In this document: one piece after another, positions 55,755-64,000 of the stretch
How positions within the stretch are numbered: position 1 is the stretch's first letter
Layout: every line of letters starts with the position of its first letter
Assembly: GCA_030141605.1 (NCBI GenBank)
Contig: JAQGDQ010000188.1
Location: 248,001-312,000, forward strand
Direction: 5' to 3'
Source of the DNA: Tubiluchus corallicola
Taxonomy: Eukaryota; Animalia; Priapulida
Length of the DNA stretch: 64,000 nucleotides
Program-made: the position numbers and the translations under genes
The notes under the pieces: model-generated
Told to the model about the DNA's origin: nothing
What the model saw: the letters and a program-made list of their open reading frames with translations, nothing else
The model's database searches: none

Positions 55755-58700
55755 TCACAAAGCCTCCTTCTCTATTTCGACTCTCTCTTCCAGCTGCCGT
55801 TCCACTGCCACACCCAAGGCATCTACAAATGTTTGCAGATCCACTCTAGGTGAACCCTGCAAAGAAACACCATTGTAAATCTCCTAAGATAAAGTCTAAA
55901 GTTTGCTTAGTAAATAAACAGTAGAACAAACATGACATAAAAACGGTAAACCAAGACAAAATGCTGCATAATTATGATACTGCACATACACAGTTACTTT
56001 TATACAACAATAGTTACCATTACAAAATTACACAAGATAAACTAAAATGAAAAAATGCGTAAATGAAATACATAGTCAAAAAGGACTTACATTTGAATCA
56101 TCTCGTTAAGGAAAAAATGTGTAAAACAAGAATAGCTTTTCTTTTATAGTTCATTTCATGCATTACTGATCAACAGGCTGCTTAAAGAGAAGAACGTATT
56201 TTTGTCAAATGGCAGTTTGTTATAATAAACTTCATTATAGCAGCCTATACAGTAAATTTTTCAGTCTGAAAAGTAGCATCTCTGTGGTGTAGTGGTTAGC
56301 ATAGTTGCAAAATAATACACAAAATTTTACTTTAAGACAAAAATATGAGGGATAATATTTACTAAATAAAATGCTGTGCAGCATGTAGCTATTACAAATA
56401 TAAACAAGATTGTTCTAAGGGAAGTTTGGCTTACCGGAATAAATAAACTATGAGCCAGAAATGGTAATTTTCGTAGAGTCCTGCCGCTCAAACCATGACT
56501 TCGTCTAAAAAATTAATATCAGTACAATTACATTAAGTACCAGTCGGCAAATCTGAAAATAAATGTTATTACATGAAATCGCTAACACTTATTTTGTTTA
56601 CATTGTTCAGTTTGAACTAAATAAATGTTATATACAAGATGTATAATTAATATTAAAGTGTAACATTTATTTATTGATTCACTGAAATTTGTAATTGGTC
56701 AAGCAACTAATCCAAATTGAGGTGAAATTTATCAGGACTGCAGAGTGGACCAAGAAGTGTGATGTAACCTAAGGTTTCGTTTCCCAAAAACTTTCGAGAC
56801 ATATCCAGTCAGTAGCAATGTGGCAAAAATTGTGTATGATGTTGTTCTAATAAAAGATTGCACAAAAAGATACAAATTGCATCACTGATGTTATAGATTT
56901 AGTTTATTATTTGGTTGATGTATCGGGAAAAGACAAGCTGATAAGCAGTACCTCCACACAGAAAACAGTGCAAACTTGCATGCCTTAAACTTGCTGTAAC
57001 TGGTCTATTGCCCCAAGGTTTTTCTAGGGGTCTCCAGACCTACATGCCCAAAAACACGTTTGGAATTATTTAGATTAAAAACAAGTAGTTACTTCTAATC
57101 TGTCAAATCATGACTAAATTACCTAAGTAAACTTACACATATTTACACAACTTGTCTAACTTCATATTGGGAAGACGACCAGATTCAGTTAGTCCTGACT
57201 AACCTGCATGCATGCACATGTACAGTTTTGTACACGCAGTACAATTAATTTTCCCCCTTTTCCCAAAGATCTCCAAACCTTTAAGCCCTAGAAGCAAAAC
57301 TCTGCCCACAAATTCATCTAAATTTACATAGACTGCAAACTACAATACACAGTATTTCCAAAGGAAAAACAATAATCCCACCAAGCATGGATCATGTCAG
57401 TCATAAATATATATATAATGAACACCATTGAACACACTTGAATAACATTTTAGAAACAAGGATATTTGACAGCATATTGCTATATAAACCAGTCAGTAAC
57501 CATTAATTCTTGTAGCTGCAAATGCTTTCACAAGATAGTCCTAGGGCAGTGAATAGTAAAAGACATACTTTGCAATAGTGTGCAATTTATCTGCTAATCC
57601 ATTTTCTGTCCTATTTGTTTCTGGTAAAGTTTCAGAAGAGATTATAATTCCAACCTAAAAAAACAGAAGTTCAATTATCATCATCTAACAAAAGTTTAGT
57701 TCATACTACATTAACTGATAATACTTATACCTCATATGGCAGCAATACAGAACTACATTATTGCTGCACAACAATTTAAATTCTATGGTCACCAACTTCA
57801 AGATTTATCAGTCCAGAAGGCACACTGACATTCATCAGGCTAAAACATTTGCCCAAGGTAAACTAAGCAAAGACATCTTACCCTGATCAATTCTGCAATG
57901 CATGACTTGTATATGGTATAAATAGCATTTGGTGATGGTGGCCCTATGTAGTATTTTATATCGGCTCTGTCGACAAATGCTATATCAATTGCTCCTGTCA
58001 CATTAGAGGTGGTTAAGATTAATACATTTGGGAACCTGCAAGAAACCAGCGCTATATCATCATGTAAAAGCAGAGATGCATATATATTTGACAGCTATAA
58101 ATTATTAAACCAACTCCAAATGATCACTTGCCTTTAAACAACTCAGAGCAGTCCAACTATGAAGAATTAGGGCTGACAAAAGTTTTATTGGGGGAGTTCA
58201 TGTACTAAAAAACAAAACTTGGCCACACACTTGTGCAACGAGCAGTCAAAACACAAAAAGATTACTCCGAGAACCAACCCTCAACACACATATCCACAGT
58301 TGTTCTCTTGGGTTCTGCAACTTAGTGGGAGATGTTTTAGACACTTTTATACAAACAGGTAGAACTGAAACTTTCAGCTAAATAAAAATCAATTTAAACT
58401 ACTAAACAGACAACTAATAAACCGGCATCAAGAGGTACAGGCGAACTGGTGATGTTTTTGGCAGACAGAAGAACCCTTACTTTACATGTTACGATGGCCA
58501 CACAATTTTTAGAGCTTTAATTACTGTGTTTAGTACTTTAATTACAGGGATGGGGTGTTAAGGGTTTCCAGTACTGGTCTGCAACACTATCCGTAGATTG
58601 GCTTACTTGATACAGTATACATAAGTTACCACAAAAACTAGACCTATGTTCCATAGCTTACATATAAACACCCTACTCTTGACAATCCAGCACAAACACA

Positions 58701-61700
58701 CAGCATGGGCTTCGTATGAGATATCTAATCAAAATCTAGTTCACCTAGGTTAGCAATCTCTAAAGTAAAAAGCAACAAAACCAGAAACAAAATTCTTTGG
58801 AGACAAAACTACATATTGTACACAAGTTTATTTGATGTACAGCTACATAATATTCTAAGCAAAAAGGGACTCTGTATCTGTCTACTACTGTAGTTTGTAT
58901 GTGTTCATACAGGTGAAAATTAAATTTATTTATATCACTTAGATGATTACGTAATTGAAAAAGTAATAACTTCAGTATAAACTTGTTCAGAGTACAGCAA
59001 AAATGCTTCAATTGGGACTAAACCATCACCATTTGGGTAACTTAGATATTTAGTAAAAATTCAAGCCATTAGATGATATCAAAGACACTAATCCCTCCCC
59101 CGTGCATGCAAATGTACTAAACTATGACACACTTAAACATGTACAGATGACAATCAAATTACATATTTTCATTTCTATTCAATGGTCAAAATTTTTACAT
59201 GTAAAACTGCATCCAGAACAACAAATTATTTGTCTCACAAAACAGCAGGCAAAGATTTTACAAGTAAAATAACTTAGTATAGTAAGATGTACTCGTATGA
59301 TTGCAAATGAACTAATGTAATCATATACCTTTTGATTTGATCAATCTGCGTTAATACTGCATTTACAACTCTTATTGCATCAGACGGATCAGCACCAGAC
59401 ATTGCCGATTTTCTAGCTGCAGTCAAACTTTCAACCTAAACGGAAACATTATTAAAAGTTGCCTAAAATGCACTACAATTACTTAAACAATGTATAACAG
59501 CTCTGAGAAATATAATAACAGCATAAAAATATAACCAGTGCAATTAGTTTGTCGTGAGGAAAGCCTGTTTTGATTTCGTAAAATGGCGCGATTGAGCAGA
59601 GCAACAATTACAATTAAAGAAGTGTGTCAGTCAATACAGTGCATAGCTACACATATGAAAACAGCTGAAACAAAAACATATGATAACTAGATTAATTATG
59701 TCATGTAAAAGTTAAATTTAATAGAATGTGAGAATGTTCTATATAATAGAATAATAAAAATATTAATAGAATATTTTTACAGCAGGACTTCGATTATCCA
59801 AACAAACCGGCTCTGAGAGGTTAAAACAGTCATGACCTAGTTATGTTTAATCAAGGGCTTGCCATATCAGTTTATAAAAGGCTTGTCATTAACTTTGAAT
59901 CTCACACTGGTTGAAAGTAACTAACTTTAGCAGTTTCATTAACTAAACGCTCTTTGCTAAGTTTTTAATTTGCGGTGTTGTTGCAATTATCACGGCAGCT
60001 AAATGCAGCCATACACACCAATTCTACATGTTGCATTGCCAGAGAAATTTTTTTGTGTTCTGCAGCATGGTAGATGGGCAACTCTAATTCAGGGCTAGGT
60101 AGGGATATTCTTACTACGATCGCATTTTGTGCGCTGTTTACGTTGCAGTAACAATTGGTGGAAAATCGGGAGAATATTTCAACCTAAAAGTGGGAGAAAG
60201 GGAGGTTACCACTAAAATTGGGAGTCTCCCAATAAAGTACAGACTATATTTTTGCCTAGTGTCATTCATACTAAAGCATTGTTCACGTTAGTGTAGCTAA
60301 TGTTACAATTGCCTGAGATATGGGTACTTTTCTCTTCAGAAAATTTAAAAAGGTTCTTCTAGAAGACAACAGAAGAACGAAAGTTGAGCATGTACAGAGA
60401 ACATCTCAATACACTTTGCATCAGTACAGTATTAAGGTTAAAATGGATAAAAACTACGAATTACAGTTTTTGTTATTTAGTCTGGAGAACCCTATATTCT
60501 GGAGAATTGGAGTCTGGATAATAGCAGTCCTACTGTAATTAATTGTCATAAATATCCCAAAACAGTTTACATAAAGTATAAAATTTATAGCATTACCTCA
60601 TCAATGAGTACACACACAAGCGAATTTGGATCATCTATAAATTCTTCCAACTTTTTGAACATTTTCATCACAAGTTTTCCACTCTAAAATAAAAACTAGA
60701 CTTAGTAGACTAATTAAAAAAAGCCCTAAAAAAGAAAACAGAACTTAATACCAAAAACTAGCATCATATATATATATATATTTATTTATAGTGCTACCTC
60801 AGATCTGTTACGCACTTGATATATATATATATATACAAGTCCGTTCTTGTTTGGCTTCAATTTATTACAGTGGTTTCATTCCATCACAAACTTTTAAAAC
60901 AATTACTTAAAAACTTCAGTATTACTACAGTCATAATCATAAAAATATTTATAGGTCTAACCACCTAGACTACTTTACCTCTGAAAACCACTTCGAAAAA
61001 AGACTGTGGCTGTTGATTTCGAACAATTGTCCGCAAGAATATCTATGAGACATATGAATACACAACTTCTGTGCAAGAGCTTTGCACAAAGAAGTTTTTC
61101 CTGTTCCTGGAGGACCTACAGCAAAGTGATTTGAGATTAAACTGCCATTCACACAGAAAGAAATGATTTAACAGAAAATGTGAATCACATTGTTTTCATT
61201 ATGCTACAAACGATCTTTAAGTTATTGTTTAAATCCTTCTAAAAATCCTTTATGATAACGATAAATAAATAATAACCTTACCATGCAACAATATAACTTT
61301 ATTCCAAGACACAATATTACTGTCAACGTTCTTATCGGAATAGAGTAACGTTGTAGTTGCGTAGTTCATCAGCTGAAATGCATTCCGTACATATATTGAA
61401 AGTGATTTTAACTTATAAGTGATATTCAAAATACTTTGTTTTCATTCAAGACATGGAATCATATTTTATTAACGATATCCATATCGTTATTATTCCATTC
61501 AATCGATTTTCTTTATCTAGGCATACATTTTACCAGTAAAAGGCAGGCAATTAAAAATAAGTATTTAAATTACGAGTAGATTTATGCTGTCACACATGCT
61601 GTGAGTAATAGCTCCAATTTGAACACTAATTGTACCTGAGACTTTATGCTGGAGTCAAAAACCAAATTTTCCCAAATTCCCTCAAATTCAAGTGCCGGTA

Positions 61701-63551
61701 AAAGCCAATGATTAGCAGCTGCCAATTCCTCATCATCTAGTTCCTCCAATCCCGGGCCTTCTTCGTGTAATGTATAAATGTGCAGAGACATGTCCACTTC
61801 ATGTAGGTTTAATGCAGCAGGCTACATTCAGTAAATTTGAGCACACATGATATTCAGAATAGTAGATTACAGTACAAATCTACTTACAAGTTGTACCAAT
61901 GACCAACTACAAAACATGACATGCATACTGAAAAGATTTTTTCTCAAACTCCGCAGTTAAAAAAAATCAGTAAAAAGTTATAGTTTCAGAACACAAAGTG
62001 CCACTACACTATAGCAAACTACTCAAAATTATATACCCAACAATCTAGAAACCCATAAACATGTACTTATATTTCCAAACGAAAGCTCAGTTCTGGTCCT
62101 AAATTGCAACAGAAACTAATCTTTTAAGTTACAACTGTCAGAAAGTATCCTGTTTTTTTCCTGAAGTCAAAATTTACAAAAACAAATATATCTCGAAATT
62201 TTGAATATATAGAACTTTGAGTACCTTCTGAGACAAAGAACATCTCTATTCACTAGATGACATACTTAACTTAAATAGCATCAGACTAAATAATTAGTAT
62301 TGTGATTAAGAATACAAATACAGTCTGCAACACAGTTTTAAATACTAATCCTAAAAATAAAAAGTTATTACAGAAAGCAAGTAATATAAACAGTAATAAA
62401 TAATTTTGGAAGGCAAGCAGAGGTTAATAAAAAGCCCAAGTTCTATGCAGAAAATTCAGCCAAACCTTACAATATTAATTCTAATTATTTGCTGTCTTGC
62501 AAAATGACATTTTTGCAAATGAGTTTTTGCTTTAAATAATTACCTTATCAGAATTACTCATTAAATCTTGACAGAACAAGCAAATGCTCTTAACATTTTT
62601 ATCGAGCAATGGATCGTTGAAACTTGTGTAGACTTTGTCATTCTGAAACGTTTTCAGATTCTCAAAAAAGAAGAGTACTCGTTTCTGTATCACTGCTTCC
62701 TCTATTGTACTGAAATAGGCAAAAAAGTTATGTAGGCCCTGCATGGGTCTATTTGGGTCTACTGGGTCTATTTGGGAATAAAGCAAAACAGCTCAAGCTG
62801 TTATTTCACACTCTGCAAGCAAAGATCCAGCACTCAGCAGGACTTACTTAGACAGCTGTGGCAAGACCAGTAACTTGTTGATTATCAATGACTGTATACA
62901 GCCTCTCTCAGCATAGGTAGGAAACAATTTTTATTAAACATGAAACTGCATTATATAAATTTTGGACTTTTGGCAAGCACTGACCTATACCAGTATCCAA
63001 CAGCCCCGATACTGAACTAGTTGCTGTATTTTACTGAAAGCAAAACCGCCAATAGTTGAAGTCGCCCGCCATTAATTAAAATTTAATCTACTATTTAATT
63101 ATCAGAAATGCTTTTTCAGTATTAACTGTGTTAAAATGTATGCTTTTTACCGTACTTAAAAATGGGATAGTCATCCTGTCTTCCTTTAAAGCGAATTTCT
63201 TTTGGAAATTTCCAGCTAGTCCTGCCCAATGTCTTTGAAATGAGTTATACTTCATTACTAATCAGATAAATAGCCTATTTCCATGATCACCTTGTGCAAG
63301 TCTCCCTGGCTCATTGATTGGGCTTTTTTGTTATGGTTAAAATAAATACTAAAATCAAAGTAAATTTGCAGATGTGATAATATAATTATAAATTGTAATT
63401 AAACTGCTGAACAAACATAAGCTTACCTATTTTGCCGCCTGCAGATTTCTACATGAACCTTCGGCTTGACAAATTCGTTAGATTTATAAGGTCTGCTAGT
63501 TCTATCACCCTCACCCATTTCCCTTACATCACTCTCTAACACGACGTTCAT
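55755..63551 (-). CDS. TRIP13: Pachytene checkpoint protein 2 homolog (TRIP13/Pch2 AAA+ ATPase), 11 exons, about 436 aa
   Basis: Exons: 63551-63427, 62709-62544, 61821-61636, 61372-61282, 61115-60979, 60683-60597, 59435-59329, 58035-57882, 57654-57569, 56504-56435, 55856-55755 (TGA); 1311 nt, all GT-AG, phases consistent. Motifs: [15 protein letters not shown], Walker [38 protein letters not shown], Walker [46 protein letters not shown]. Confidence 0.97.
59780..60535. mobile_element. Tc1/mariner-pogo (Tigger-like) non-autonomous element, 756 bp, in TRIP13 intron 6
   Basis: TA TSDs (59778-59779, 60536-60537); 24-bp TIRs CAGCAGGACTTCGATTATCCAAAC vs CAGTAGGACTGCTATTATCCAGAC (20/24 identical). 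Confidence 0.8.
60765..60836. repeat. Two short (TA)n microsatellites
   Basis: (AT)n runs at about 60765-60781 and 60819-60835. Confidence 0.8.
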
Positions 63552-63570
63552 GTTGAGAAATGTTGAATAT

Positions 63571-63670
63571 CCAATTCTGTCAATACGGTTCTTGATTGGT
63601 TTAAATTAAGCTAGAAGCAAGATTCGCTGTCAAACACGAACCATTAGTAACTGATTATAATTTCGAATTC
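63571..63670 (-). promoter_or_regulatory. Putative TRIP13 proximal promoter (CCAAT boxes, CHR-like hexamers)
   Basis: ATTGG at 63595-63599 directly adjacent to TTTAAA (63600-63605), CCAAT at 63571-63575, TTCGAA at 63662-63667, CpG enrichment just upstream of the ATG. Confidence 0.35.
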
Positions 63671-64000
63671 GTAAAAATGAAGGAACTAAAAATAAACCAG
63701 AAACTAAACTGCAAAACGAAAGTTTATAAAAAGCGCCGTGCCGCCAGAAAAACAACACGAGAAATCAAATTACACACGCCTAAAGACATTTATATGATTT
63801 CGAGGGCCATTGCTGACAACGACATCACCACAGTGTTACGACAATCATCACTTTTACAATCATTGTATTTTTATCTGTGCGTAATCGTTGTATATCGTAG
63901 TTGTCTAAGCCTGCACCAGTAAACACTTTGGAATGTTGTGTTTGTTTGATTATTAGTGAAGCTTTGCTTAACAACATAATAACACACAAGTTTAATTTAG

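Noticed and set aside
56281-56310. tRNA gene (TGGTGTAGTGGTTAGCA)
   Set aside because: Only an A-box/D-arm-like fragment, with no anticodon arm, T-arm or acceptor stem; at most a truncated SINE head.
63677-63922. 81-aa + strand ORF upstream of TRIP13
   Set aside because: No recognisable homology or clear splice donor; more likely promoter or 5' leader sequence.
1-64000. Most short ORFs in the supplied six-frame track
   Set aside because: The track uses prokaryotic-style starts on intron-rich DNA. The ORFs are either exons with intronic read-through or chance frames in introns and repeats.

Overview
AT-rich, intron-rich eukaryotic genomic DNA from an invertebrate animal. The proteins are close to chordate orthologues, so a tunicate or other invertebrate deuterostome is my inference. 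I reconstructed three spliced genes exon by exon with consistent intron phases. (1) The last three coding exons of DNAJB11/ERdj3 (+, 18-1304). (2) A complete 26-coding-exon phospholipase C-like gene (PLCL/PRIP, -, 53376-5297, about 1078 aa). (3) A complete 11-exon TRIP13/Pch2 AAA+ ATPase (-, 63551-55755, about 436 aa). An intronless, frameshifted BTB-BACK pseudogene lies in the 17.6-kb first intron of PLCL, and several non-autonomous DNA transposons and short tandem duplications occupy the introns. The most notable signals are in PLCL: a U12-type intron that appears to have rare AT-AT termini, a GC-AG intron, a tandemly duplicated splice acceptor whose upstream copy leads to an immediate stop, and an active site that keeps both catalytic histidines but swaps a Ca2+-ligand Asp for His, unlike vertebrate PRIPs. 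No prokaryotic-type system (CRISPR, operon, rRNA) is present. Homology calls rest on recalled reference sequences, not database searches.
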